64,000 nt of DNA from Cyanidioschyzon merolae (lineage: Eukaryota). A model generated the notes under the pieces. The model had not been told where the DNA came from and ran no database searches. It saw nothing but the letters and a program-made list of their open reading frames with translations. The position numbers and the translations under genes are program-made. Positions 10,906-21,345 of this stretch are shown here, one piece after another. Location: the NCBI GenBank assembly GCA_000091205.1, contig AP006494.2. One strand, given 5' to 3'. Position 1 is the first letter of the stretch. Every line of letters begins with the position of its first letter.

Positions 10906-12120
10906 TTGCCGCCCGAGATGGGGAGCACCGTTTCGGACTCGGAACCGGCGCCGCAGGCAATCCTTCGGGGTCACACGAGCCCAGTGACAGCGCTCTGTCT
11001 GCTGGGGCATAGCGAACGCGCTCTCAAGTCAGCTAAGCCACGCTCCGGTGTATGGGAAGACGCTCCCACAATAAACTGGCCCCGTATTGTCGTCTCAGGA
11101 GACTCGCGAGGTAACCTGCTGGTTTGGGATCTAGACCTCGAGCAGGTCATCGCTAACCAGAAACAGAGCACTGAGGCGCCACTGCTCTCCATTGAGGCAG
11201 CAACCGATGAGCCGAACCTTCTCATAACCCACAGTCGCGATGGTTGCGTCAGAGTCATCCAGATGGACCAGTTATCGAGTTCCGTGGCGGACATGAGGCA
11301 TGCGGCTGGTGAGATGCTGGAGCCTTTTCCGATGTCCAGAGGACGAGTGCTATTTCGGGGCGAACCGCACGGCTTCTGCCGCCCAGGGATCATCGAGTTC
11401 GCAGCATCCGATCGCATCCTTATAGCCACCAGTGGCGGTAAAAATCATGAATCCATCTACCTGTGGGATGCGCGGGTCAGCAGCGAGAAACCCGTTGGTA
11501 AGCTCTGTCGTGAAGGGACTCTGGAAGCGAGGCGATCATCTTCGACCACAGCTGGTGGCGATGGGATTTCCGCGCTTTGTTTATGTATGAAAGCCTTGCC
11601 TGCAGAGCGCACACTTCTCGCAGGCTACGAAGATAATCACATGTGTGCCTGGGACTATCGCGGACGTTCCGATTTACCGGTTGCGGAGGTTCCCGTGTTC
11701 CGGCACGCTCAACCGCTCCTAGCGCTGGACAGCATCCGTCCGCTCGCCGTAGACGGCTCGGAGCGGTTCTATACTCTCGCGACGAGCGGTTTTCATGGAC
11801 AAGTTGCTATGATGCGCTATGCACCAGCGACAGCCTGCTTTGAGACCACTGCACAGCTCACTGTGGCCAACGCGGCGATCTCCGAACTCGCCTATCGTCC
11901 GAGTGATACCCGCATACTCGTTGGAGGATGCTCAGATCACGGTGTTCGGGTACTTTCGGCCAAGTCGCCGTACAGAAAACTCGCACTGTTGCGAAAACAC
12001 CGCGGTGCCGTTCGATGCTTACGGTTTGCTGACTTTGGTTCAGTCTTCGCGACCGGTGCTGACGACTCCGCTATCGCCATCTGGACTATCTATGATACCT
12101 CATTTATTTCCAATGCTTAA
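10906..12120 (+). CDS. WD40-repeat protein
   Basis: 404-aa ORF with repeated WD-like blades (NLLVWDLDLEQ, DGCVRVIQM, ESIYLWDAR, DSAIAIWTIYD). Confidence 0.6.
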   Translation: MPPEMGSTVSDSEPAPQAILRGHTSPVTALCLLGHSERALKSAKPRSGVWEDAPTINWPRIVVSGDSRGNLLVWDLDLEQVIANQKQSTEAPLLSIEAATDEPNLLITHSRDGCVRVIQMDQLSSSVADMRHAAGEMLEPFPMSRGRVLFRGEPHGFCRPGIIEFAASDRILIATSGGKNHESIYLWDARVSSEKPVGKLCREGTLEARRSSSTTAGGDGISALCLCMKALPAERTLLAGYEDNHMCAWDYRGRSDLPVAEVPVFRHAQPLLALDSIRPLAVDGSERFYTLATSGFHGQVAMMRYAPATACFETTAQLTVANAAISELAYRPSDTRILVGGCSDHGVRVLSAKSPYRKLALLRKHRGAVRCLRFADFGSVFATGADDSAIAIWTIYDTSFISNA

Positions 12121-14271
12121 GGAGGCGTGTCGTTGCATCAGGCGGTGCAGATGCGCGAGGCGGCTCAGTGCATTGCTTGATAGAGCCGAAAAAGGAGCAC
12201 CCACAGGGGATACGATCGATGCAAGTACTCCAAAAGCTCCATGAAGGGAAAGCAGGTTGTGCAAGTGAACCAGCAACGCAGTCACACTGGTTACGGCGAT
12301 TGCCAACCCTGACGCACGGCGCGATAATATTGGCACTTTGTTTGGTGGTCGCCCAATGATTCCTTCCATTCTCCACAACAAAAGGAGGTAGTTGAGCGTT
12401 AGCATCAACATCAGCGCGGCCGCCTGAATGCCGTACAACCAGAAGAGGTCAGCGTTCGGGCCAATCCGGCCATGTCGTGGCAAATAAACTGTCCAGAGAA
12501 AGACGATTCCTCCAAAGTTGTCCGTCATTCGATTGCTCAAAATCCATGGCCCTAGGAAGAACCAAAATAGGGCAAGCGTCAGTGAGATGGCAAGTTGTTT
12601 TGCGCAAAGCTTCATCCGCCGGAGGGTCTCACCGTGACGCACCTGGGAAGGATGCTGATGCACAGCACCATAGCTTGGCTCTGGGTGCAGTCCGCACTTT
12701 CTCATGAGAACGAGGGCCGCGGATAAAACCACAAGCGCTGCACAGCCGATCAACAACGTCATTACTCGAAAAAAGTGAGGCATATTGAGGAAAAGAATCA
12801 AGCGGCACAGATTCGAGGCACGGCCCTCTTGGGGGACGTTCACTATGCTCTGGGCATCGTCTAGAAACGAAAGGATCTCCGTCACTGTGTCCGGTCCACA
12901 AAGCAGTTCATCAGGACTGTTATTGATTCGCTGCAGGCTAACTCGTACGTCTCTGCCGGCTACCTCACGCATCAGATTCTTTCCTATAGTGTACAGGCAA
13001 AAACGTCGAGACGGCGGGCAATACCGACTTGCTCTTCCGACAGGAACTCCATCCACTGTGACCTCAAAATCCGGAGAAGAACACGCTCTAGACCGGAACC
13101 AAATCACAAAATAAAGCTCGGAATTAGCATAGTCGTGAGGTTTTCTGCTAATCTCTGAATCCGCAAAGAACACTGGAGCCCGCATCCACACTAGGAGCCA
13201 CGGTGGTACCTCGTTTCGCTCAGGCTTTGTGCCAGTTCGTAAGGAGAAATCCCGGAACCCCAGGGCTCCCATGGTGGAGCTCGCGATGATAACTCGGAAA
13301 CGGCGCTCGTATCGCAAGTCGGCAAGCTCCAGATCAAGGAGACGTTTTCTTGGAACAACAGAATAGAGTCGCGGACAGAGGCCCATGAGCGTATGCAGGT
13401 GCCCTGACAGGTACACGAGCGGCCGGTTTTTTGCTGCCTTCCCCAGCGTTGAATGCAGGTCTAACTCAGTGTTAATAAATGATGATGGATAGTGAGCAGC
13501 AACGAACACAAAAGCGGAATCAATACCTTGATTCAACGCGCCCAACTCCAGATCTTCTCGTTGATCTCCACGTAGACGAGAAAGATCCCCGAAAAAGTTT
13601 AGAGGTCGGTGCAGGCTTGGTTCTGGCACTGCATCTACCCGCATAACAGCGTAGCTGCCGTTATGGAAGCTAAACCAACTGAATCGCGGCTGAAGGCACG
13701 AGACATTCGCTAGTGAATGGTACAACTGGCAATGTTGGCCGTAGTAGCGGTTTGTTCCCGCGAGTCGCGATGGCACACCAAACATGTCGTGGTTTCCCGG
13801 TAGATCAATCCAAGCGGTTTCCGCTGGAATGATCCCTTCCACCCGAGCTCTTTGGACGATTTCGGAGTACTGCGACCATTCGTCTACGCGCTGCTCGGAG
13901 AAGTGGCCAAGGCCTCTCCGCCGCTTCGCATTCGTGATATCACCGGTAACGATAACAACATCCGGCGCTACGAACGGTATCGCATCAAACACAATTGTCT
14001 TGAAATTATCCAGCGCGTCCACGTTCTGGTAATCGAGGTGAATATCGCTTATCTGCAGAACGGTGAAGAAACTGTCTCGAACTTGCGCTGGCAGCGATGC
14101 GGCGGAGCTTCGAGACGCATTCTCCGTGAAGCGATGCTCTGCTGCAGTCTTTTGCTGATCATGCGCAAGCGCGAGGTGTTTCTCGAAAATATTTCCCAAA
14201 AATCCATAAAGCTGGAGGAGTAAAATCAATCCAAGGAAGAGTCGGAGCGAACCCAGGCGAAAACCAAGCAT
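12100..14271 (-). CDS. TMEM62-like transmembrane protein with calcineurin-like metallophosphoesterase domain
   Basis: 723-aa ORF. The metallophosphatase motifs are present (QISDIHLD, VVIVTGDITN, DLPGNHD) and are followed by multiple C-terminal hydrophobic helices. Its 3' end overlaps the WD40 ORF by about 20 bp in convergent orientation. Confidence 0.6.
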   Translation of the reverse strand: MLGFRLGSLRLFLGLILLLQLYGFLGNIFEKHLALAHDQQKTAAEHRFTENASRSSAASLPAQVRDSFFTVLQISDIHLDYQNVDALDNFKTIVFDAIPFVAPDVVIVTGDITNAKRRRGLGHFSEQRVDEWSQYSEIVQRARVEGIIPAETAWIDLPGNHDMFGVPSRLAGTNRYYGQHCQLYHSLANVSCLQPRFSWFSFHNGSYAVMRVDAVPEPSLHRPLNFFGDLSRLRGDQREDLELGALNQGIDSAFVFVAAHYPSSFINTELDLHSTLGKAAKNRPLVYLSGHLHTLMGLCPRLYSVVPRKRLLDLELADLRYERRFRVIIASSTMGALGFRDFSLRTGTKPERNEVPPWLLVWMRAPVFFADSEISRKPHDYANSELYFVIWFRSRACSSPDFEVTVDGVPVGRASRYCPPSRRFCLYTIGKNLMREVAGRDVRVSLQRINNSPDELLCGPDTVTEILSFLDDAQSIVNVPQEGRASNLCRLILFLNMPHFFRVMTLLIGCAALVVLSAALVLMRKCGLHPEPSYGAVHQHPSQVRHGETLRRMKLCAKQLAISLTLALFWFFLGPWILSNRMTDNFGGIVFLWTVYLPRHGRIGPNADLFWLYGIQAAALMLMLTLNYLLLLWRMEGIIGRPPNKVPILSRRASGLAIAVTSVTALLVHLHNLLSLHGAFGVLASIVSPVGAPFSALSSNALSRLAHLHRLMQRHASLSIGNK

Positions 14272-14689
14272 TCGAGTTCAGCTCCGTCGAACGCTGTCCT
14301 CCGGGGCAGCGCTGACTCGTGCTTCACGTGCTTAAAGCTACAACGCAGACCACAGTTTTACAGTTCAAACTTGTTTACTGCACAGGCCTTTTATCCAGGC
14401 TGCGCGAGTCACTCTAAGGATCTCAGCTTCTGTTGCGATGCAGCTGTCCTTAACTGTCAACCTTTGTTCCCGTTCAAACGGTCTCGGCGTGGGTGCGTAG
14501 CAGGATAACAGCTTGCTTTCACACCGGCCACGGCAATAGTCTCTAGAGATACGTCAAGAACTTCCGCTGCAGTTCAAAACAGATGCCCGCTGATCCCAGT
14601 CACCACTGAAGCAGCAAATCTTTGCTCTGCATAGAAACGCGCTCGCGGAGACAAGGGCTTTTAGTTACGCCATTTGCACTCTACCCCCA

Positions 14690-15175
14690 GGTGCGTGTCA
14701 TCAAATGCTTTTTCGCTGTTTAGAGCAGACGCGTTCAAACTGCATTCTTTTGAAGAAATAAAAACCCAAGTGAACGGAATTGATATAGAAGTCGGGGATC
14801 CTGGAGTGCCTTCTTTGTCAGTTTCGACAAGAAAATGGCAAAAATTCCTCTTCCCGCCAGCCATCGAGGAAATAAGAGCAAGTGACGAAGGAAAAAAGAA
14901 GAAACAAAGGTGAGCCAGACGAGAAAAAGTGTTCGCCCGACGGGACGATGACGAGACTAATGGCACAGAGGGCGCGAGTTCCAGCAATCCTTGCGATGAT
15001 GAGTTCCACCAGCCGCGATAAATGCAAGCAGTTCGTGGATTGATACTTCAACACTGTTATTAGTATCAAACGTTGCGCGGTTCTGAAGAAGAGACCCGCG
15101 GAGCTGAACCGATCGAACTCTGTGAGGCATCCTCTAAAGCTCGAAGTGTGCAAGGAGAAACTGAAAACGATAGCA
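14690..15175 (+). repeat. dispersed repeat family F, copy 1 (about 0.49 kb, diverged)
   Basis: About 75-80% identical by eye to 17010-17500 and to the reverse complement of about 45470-45960. Shared strings include gtgtcatcaaatgcttttt, aatggcacagagggcgcgagttc and gctcgaagtgtgcaaggagaa. Confidence 0.6.
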
Positions 15176-15549
15176 TAGGATCAGTCACAAAAGTATGGGA
15201 GGCGTCCGCGCGTGGATATTTATTTATCCTAGGTGAGGTTGGAACATTTTTCTGTGTCACTGACATGCGTAGTATGCCGAAGCTGTAAACGTAAAAGTAT
15301 TTCGGAAAAATCTCAAGGCAGGAACAGTGCAAGCAGTTTGGTGTTACATTTTAATATTGCGCCTCTATCGTGGCGCGCTCAATTTCCAGAATACATTTAC
15401 GCAACTCAACCGCTGTTTCCAGGTGGAAACCTATTTGGCGTGGAGCACCCGCAGTAACCAACTTGAACTTGCGCGGTCTAGTTTCCGGGGGTGCTTTGCG
15501 TTCCCTCAGTTTGCTTCGCTGCCTTCGAAGCTCGTGCACTGGGTCTTAA

Positions 15550-16203
15550 ATGCGCGTCACCGGGGAGCTGCAGCCTGCACCGCTCGACTCGCAAACAAAG
15601 GATGACACACCTTCAGCGGTGAGCCCGCAAACGCCAGCTCAGTCTGCATTCGGAGCTCACGAGCAACGAGAGGCTCCTCCAATCAAGAGAAAGCGTTTTC
15701 GCAACTCGAGCGTGCGGTCCTCGAGCAAGGGTGAGCAAGGAGCACCACTGAGCGAGCTACATATGCTCGAGAAGGGCAAACGGGAGCTAGAGGAGAAGCT
15801 TGCGCGAATTGAGCGTCAGATTTATGATATGGAAACCTCCTACTTGGAGGATACTTGGATACATGGAAACGTTGCCCGCGGCTGGGAAACACTTATGCGC
15901 AAAGGATCGCGTTTGCGAGATGGAGCTGATGCAAGCGCACGAGGTTCCGCAGCTTCGCATCCGCGAACCCGGAAGATCCTGGACAACGATCGAATCTTTT
16001 CGCGCTCTTCGGCAACCTCTCCTGTTGGCAGAGCTCACGGAGTTCGTCATCCGAATGCGGTAGGCCTTGCTGGAGACGGACTCTCAAGGGATAACCGCAG
16101 AGGCGTTCCTAGTCGACAAAAGAAGAGACGACCAACAGTATTAGGCGTGCCAAGCATTCGCATCCCCTTGAATATCGCTGAGAACTCTCCAGCATCTTCA
16201 TGA
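15550..16203 (+). CDS. Eaf6/MEAF6-like subunit of the NuA4/HBO1 histone acetyltransferase complex
   Basis: LEEKLARIERQIYDMETSYLEDTWIHGNVARGWETLM matches the Eaf6 signature (coiled coil followed by SYLEDT..GN..RGW). The exact start codon is uncertain. Confidence 0.55.
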   Translation: MRVTGELQPAPLDSQTKDDTPSAVSPQTPAQSAFGAHEQREAPPIKRKRFRNSSVRSSSKGEQGAPLSELHMLEKGKRELEEKLARIERQIYDMETSYLEDTWIHGNVARGWETLMRKGSRLRDGADASARGSAASHPRTRKILDNDRIFSRSSATSPVGRAHGVRHPNAVGLAGDGLSRDNRRGVPSRQKKRRPTVLGVPSIRIPLNIAENSPASS

Positions 16204-17009
16204 ATACTTTTCTTGGCTTCGCGAGCGTACTACGTACTGTTCATAGCGGCTTCTTGCGGGATCATGGGCCCGGAAAAGGACCGTCAAAGATTCATTTATA
16301 TGCTCCAGCTCCTTTGATGGTGCAAGATCGGTGCTTTGAACCAGAGTCACCCCGGATGTGCGATTGCTGCCGCAACCCTGAACTAGGCCAATGCCCTTCC
16401 TCAAACTTTAATGTGTGCCATTAACCTTGGGCAAGTGTTTTCTCTATGGCGTAAGGGATAGATCTGTTCCAGAGTGTGTCGCTGTGACATACTCCGTTCA
16501 CTTCGATCCTTTACTGCTGTGCTCAGATGGTCGCGAGGCATCATATCTTGCGCTGAATTCACTGCATGTCTAGTGCGATGGCTCGTGCCCGATATAAGTG
16601 GTCGTCCTTTTTTTGGATGTGCAATCACAGGATTAGTTATGTGTGCGGTTGCAGATCTGTTGCTTTCCGCCAGTATAAAAAATCTGCGCGCTTTCCATTT
16701 TCATTCTAAGAGCTGAATACCGATGTTGTCAAGCCTCTCGCAGATTCGACGTAAAGGTTGACAGATGTTTTCGCGTAGCGCTAGCTATATTCGTCTGCTT
16801 CGCATTTGCTGTCCAGGAACTCAATCTGGTACAGTAAAAGAGCGCAGGTACAGTCCCCGTCAAGACGTATGCAACTATCAATTGTATGCCAGATGGTAGG
16901 TGGGTTCTCCGCGTGCGTTTCTGTCTCGAATCGTCTAAGCTATATGACTCATAGGTGGATGCACGCATTCGGTACGAGCGCATGCACCTTGTTTTAGTCT
17001 TTCACCTCA

Positions 17010-17500
17010 ATTGCGTTCCATCCCCAGCCGTGTGTCATCAAATGCTTTTTAGCGATTTGTACCAGATGCATTCAAAGTGCGTTCATCTAAAAAGAATATA
17101 AAACCATGGAAGAGGTATGCACACGGAAATCAGGAATCCTAGAGATTTGTCATCACCGGCTGCCGGCAAACAATGAAAAAATCCTCTCCTCGATGTTACT
17201 CGAGCAAAGACAAGCGAATGAAGAAGAAGATGGTGATGAGGGGATATAGGCGAGAAATCGTGCCTGGACGACGGGATGATGACAAGACTTCGGTTGAACG
17301 GAGGGCACGACTTCGAGGACTCCTTGCAGTGGTGAGTACAATCAGCGGCACAGCAGGCATGGACTTCGTGAAACGAGATTCCAACGCTGCCATCAGTATC
17401 CGACGATATGCTGTTCTGAAGACGAGACCCGAGCAGTTGACGTGATCCGACTTTGTTAGGAGCCTCTTACGCTCGAAGTGTGCAGGGAGAAGCTGAAGCC
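17010..17500 (+). repeat. dispersed repeat family F, copy 2
   Basis: See the family F copy 1 entry. It lies directly upstream of the partial B copy. Confidence 0.6.
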
Positions 17501-17559
17501 CGGAGCACAGTCCTGTCCAAAAAGGCTGGGAAGCGTCCGTGGGTGGATAGTAACGTTCC

Positions 17560-18218
17560 CGAATCGCTCTCCAGCTTGGATCTTCCTTCCGATACGTGTT
17601 TCCTTGGAGACGATATAATGTACCAGAAATCCTCCATCGAACGGATAGGCGCCCTCTTCATAGTGCAGCGAACAGCGCCTTCGACGAGGTATCGCTCAGA
17701 AGACGCCCGTGATCTTTTTTGGACCGCACCGGGCGCGGAAACGGTGACGGGCACTGCGGAGGGCGTCCTTTGCTCTCCGAGGGCGCGTGCCGAGCGCTGG
17801 TGCGAGCGTTCACGTGACGCATGGCAGGCCTCGGAGGACAATTTGAGATGGAGCTATATGAACACGAGGCCACAGCGAATTGTCATCGATGCGCAAGGCG
17901 CAGCGTGGATAGGCACGAAGAAGATGAAAGAGCCAAGCGAAGCGTGGATCGCGAATAGCGCCGGTGCACGCGATGCGTTGACAACACCCGGAAGGAGCGG
18001 GATTGGGACGTGAGCGCGGCCACATGCATCCTTCGACTGCTGAAAGTGAGGCTGGCACCATATGAGGGACCGGCGCTTCAAATGCTGGAGGTAAGATATA
18101 GGAGAATGATGCAGTCGCGGAAAAATCCCACAAAGGCTGGTGTTGATGCCAGTTGGAAGAGGCCAAAATTTTAGAGCGTGCATCTGAGTTAGAGGGCCAG
18201 TTGTATGTCATTCTGACG
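17560..18218 (+). mobile_element. repeat family B, partial copy (3' half including the conserved terminus)
   Basis: ORFs 17453..18013 and 17810..18211 are near-identical to 20563..21177 and 20974..21438. It ends with ggccaaaattttagagcgtgcatctgagttagagggccagttgtatgtcattctgacgtgg. Confidence 0.8.
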
Positions 18219-18383
18219 TGGGTCTAGAGGTCGAGGTCATGAAAAATATGTCTCGCCTGACAAAGACGAGGTCACAGAGCCAGGCTGGCCTCATGCAGAG
18301 CCGCTCCCGAATTCGCCATACTCCCCTTCGATACCAAGTGCTCGTGCGAGGCGGCTACGAGACGCGCCCCATACGTGAGGCGC

Positions 18384-19988
18384 TCATCGGGGTGCTGCGT
18401 CAGGTAGGCGTGGGGTAGCGCACTCCCCGGCGCCGTCATCAGGGTCGTTCTGATGCCGGATGCGGCTGGGGGTGCGCTGCTTTGAAGGAGTCTTCGCGCT
18501 ATTCTGCGCAGCAACGACGAGACATTCCTCGAATATTTCAGCGAAACGCTTGCGAGAGAACCGCACCTGACGCACTTCTGCAAATATGGAAGTAGCAGTT
18601 ACAGTTTCTGGAAGATGCGACAGAGTGTACGCACAGTCCTCAAAATTGCCGCGCAAAAGACAATCCTGCAGCACTCTAAGGATAGCAAGGGCGGCCTTGA
18701 ACAGAAAAGCATCACCGAGAAGAAAAAACGCATCCCATATGCGAAGAGCATCATCCAAGGGAAGCACTCGACAGTAGAGGGACATGATCCAGCTGATGAT
18801 ATACATGTCGGACTCAATTCCTATGGCATCAAAGTGAGCTGCCAGTACGGGATTCTCCGAAAAAACTAGTCTCTGTTGCAGCAAAAGATAAGCCTGCACT
18901 TCGGGATTCTGCATTTTGTAAAATGAGGACAGGCAGCGGGACTTGGAGAGAATGTTCGCAAAGCAACAAAACGCAGTCGGAGCATCTAGATACAGCAATA
19001 GCGCAGCAGCCAGGTAGGACATGCCCTGCGAATACCCGAATTCTGGACGAAAATGGGCGTATGCCTCTAAAAGGCGCCGAAGCTCGCTCTGAAACGGCGA
19101 GCCTTCCGCGTGGAAAAACCCCAGCTGTGGGAAAGTGCGAGGCAGATCGAGAACGATCGCTTTCTGGGCAGCTGGACAAATGCCTCCGTCCATTCGCTCC
19201 TTTTGGTGTGTAAGTAATGTCTCTGCCTCACCACCAGCGCCGCCCAAATCCCCATCTGCTTGGCCGATTGTAGCGTCCTGGTGATGCAACGCACGTCGAG
19301 TCCTTTTCGCTTGTTCGCAAAGGACATCGAACAGACCCGGAGCGATTTGCATAGCATTTCCAATCAACCGAGGCCAGGCTTGTCCGCGGACGTTCGAAGG
19401 TATTCCTTCAAAGATCAGGCTCCGAATGCGTTTCGATTTCAATCGCTTTTCCCAGTTGGGGATGATATCTTGTTCCCATTCTTGTGCTAGTTTTCCCTGG
19501 TACTCTTCCCAGTCCAGTAGCTCTCCGGAAGACTTGAAGGTCCTCAAAACATGCCAGCGTGAGTGATGTGCACTGTTCTGCGACTGCTTTGCACTACCGG
19601 GAGTCGCTGTCCGCTCCGCAAGGGGCTCGGCAGGCTCGCCTCCCCTGAACTGCAACTCGCCGTCCTCGCTTTGCCATAGGCGATTGCGCAGGCGCCTCCA
19701 AACGGAACCTGAGCGAGAGCGCAGCCGTCTAGACGCACTGATCCACCCCACTTCCTCAGTTTCAACGTTTGAGCAGGCGTCATTTCGGAAAAAGTCTGTG
19801 GCGTTCACCACCGTGAAGCCCGAACTCCGCGAGCACTCAGGATCCAACGCTTGTTCCGGGACAGGAATCGGCTCCTCGCCGAGGTCAACCTCGCTCCAAA
19901 AAACAGGTCCCTGCACCTCATTGCGTTGAGCTTCCTTCCCTGAGCCCATATTTCTTTCCGCATCCAGGAGTACCTCCGTAAACAACAC
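18384..19988 (-). CDS. TBC-domain Rab GTPase-activating protein
   Basis: 534-aa ORF carrying the TBC arginine-finger and glutamine-finger regions (IVLDLPRTFP ... YSQGMSYLAA) and a Rab-GAP helical core. Confidence 0.75.
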   Translation of the reverse strand: MLFTEVLLDAERNMGSGKEAQRNEVQGPVFWSEVDLGEEPIPVPEQALDPECSRSSGFTVVNATDFFRNDACSNVETEEVGWISASRRLRSRSGSVWRRLRNRLWQSEDGELQFRGGEPAEPLAERTATPGSAKQSQNSAHHSRWHVLRTFKSSGELLDWEEYQGKLAQEWEQDIIPNWEKRLKSKRIRSLIFEGIPSNVRGQAWPRLIGNAMQIAPGLFDVLCEQAKRTRRALHHQDATIGQADGDLGGAGGEAETLLTHQKERMDGGICPAAQKAIVLDLPRTFPQLGFFHAEGSPFQSELRRLLEAYAHFRPEFGYSQGMSYLAAALLLYLDAPTAFCCFANILSKSRCLSSFYKMQNPEVQAYLLLQQRLVFSENPVLAAHFDAIGIESDMYIISWIMSLYCRVLPLDDALRIWDAFFLLGDAFLFKAALAILRVLQDCLLRGNFEDCAYTLSHLPETVTATSIFAEVRQVRFSRKRFAEIFEECLVVAAQNSAKTPSKQRTPSRIRHQNDPDDGAGECATPRLPDAAPR

Positions 19989-20029
19989 TCATAGGGCACC
20001 CCTGCAGGATATCTGCGAAACCCATGTAA

Positions 20030-21345
20030 ATTAAAATGTAGTATGGAATTGCGCGCTCTGCTCCCGTCTTTCAATTTATTCCAAACACTCTTTACATACG
20101 CAACCTCAACACCACAAGTGCAGCAATAAGGGACCAAGATTCATATGCGCTTTAGGATTCTCGGTTGTCATTTCGTTGCGGATCCTTCGACTCCTTCCCG
20201 CCGGAACTCTTGATGTTAGCGGAATCGTGATGGTTCGTGAAGCCTTCAATCAAGGCTTCGTAAATTAATCGACGTCATGACCCAAATCATAACTAAACGC
20301 CTCCTCGCTTGGCCTTTCCTTACGTATAGCATGCTCACATCGCGCACACTCCAGGCTTTCTATGCCTCTGTTTCAAGGTCAATGGTGCGCGCAGCAATTC
20401 GCACCGCTGGGTTGACGACGGAAAATACCTGACGATGACTGCTGCAGACTTGTTTACGAGCTCGAGCCAAAAGTTCACTGATCGTCTCATGTCATATAAT
20501 CGATTACTTCCGCAACACGACTCCTCCTCTTTTCGTTTCCATCAACGAAACGGCATCCGGCTGTGTCGAGATATCTCCAATGGGTATGCCCCCGGAAACT
20601 CTCGTATCCTCTGTTTGCATCGGGAAGAGCCGTGGAATCCAACTTCGGTCACTGCAGCGGTCGCTGCCAGTGGAGACAGCGCCACGCTTTGCACGAAGGG
20701 AGCGTAGATGGGTTCAAATTTCTCGACTGGCTCTCCAGCTTGGATCTTCCTTCCGATACGTGTTTCCTTGGAGACGATATAATGTACCAGAAATCCTCCA
20801 TCGAACGGATAGGCGCCCTCTTCATAGTGCAGCGGACAGCGCCTTCGACGAGGTATCGCTCAGAAGACGCCCGTGATCTTTTTCGGACCGCACCGGGCGC
20901 GGAAACGGTGACGGGCACTGCGGAGGGCGTCCTTTGCTCTCCGAGGGCGCGTGCCGAGCGCTGGTGCGAGCGTTCACGTGACGCATGGCAGGCCTCGGAG
21001 GACAATTTGAGATGGAGCTATATGAACACGAGGCCACAGCGAATTGTCATCGATGCGCAAGGCGCAGCGTGGATAGGCACGAAGAAGATGAAAGAGCCAA
21101 GCGATGCGTCGATCGCGAATAGCGCCGGTGCACGCGATGTGTTGACACCACCCGGAAGGAGCGGGATTGGGACGTGAGCGCGGCCACATGCATCCTTCGA
21201 CTGCTGAAAGTGAGGCTGGCAGCATATGAGGGACCGGCGCTTCAAATGCTGGAGGTAAGATATAGGAGAATGATGCAGTCGCGGAAAAATCCCACAAAGG
21301 CTGGTGTTGATGCCAGTTGGAAGAGGCCAAAATTTTAGAGTGTAT
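20030..21345 (+). mobile_element. repeat family B, full copy (about 1.3 kb); left arm of an inverted pair
   Basis: It is the reverse complement of 31415-32775: ORFs 20435..20707 and 32093..32401 are identical, as are 20563..21177 and 31623..32237. It encodes decayed fragments of a protein with the motifs GYAPGNS and CFLGDDIMYQKSSIERIGALF. Confidence 0.85.

Noticed and set aside
20580-20876. 98-aa ORF (MGMPPETLVSS...) inside repeat B as an independent gene
   Set aside because: It is an alternative frame of the same decayed transposase-like region. It is identical in B3 only because the DNA is identical. It has no independent support.
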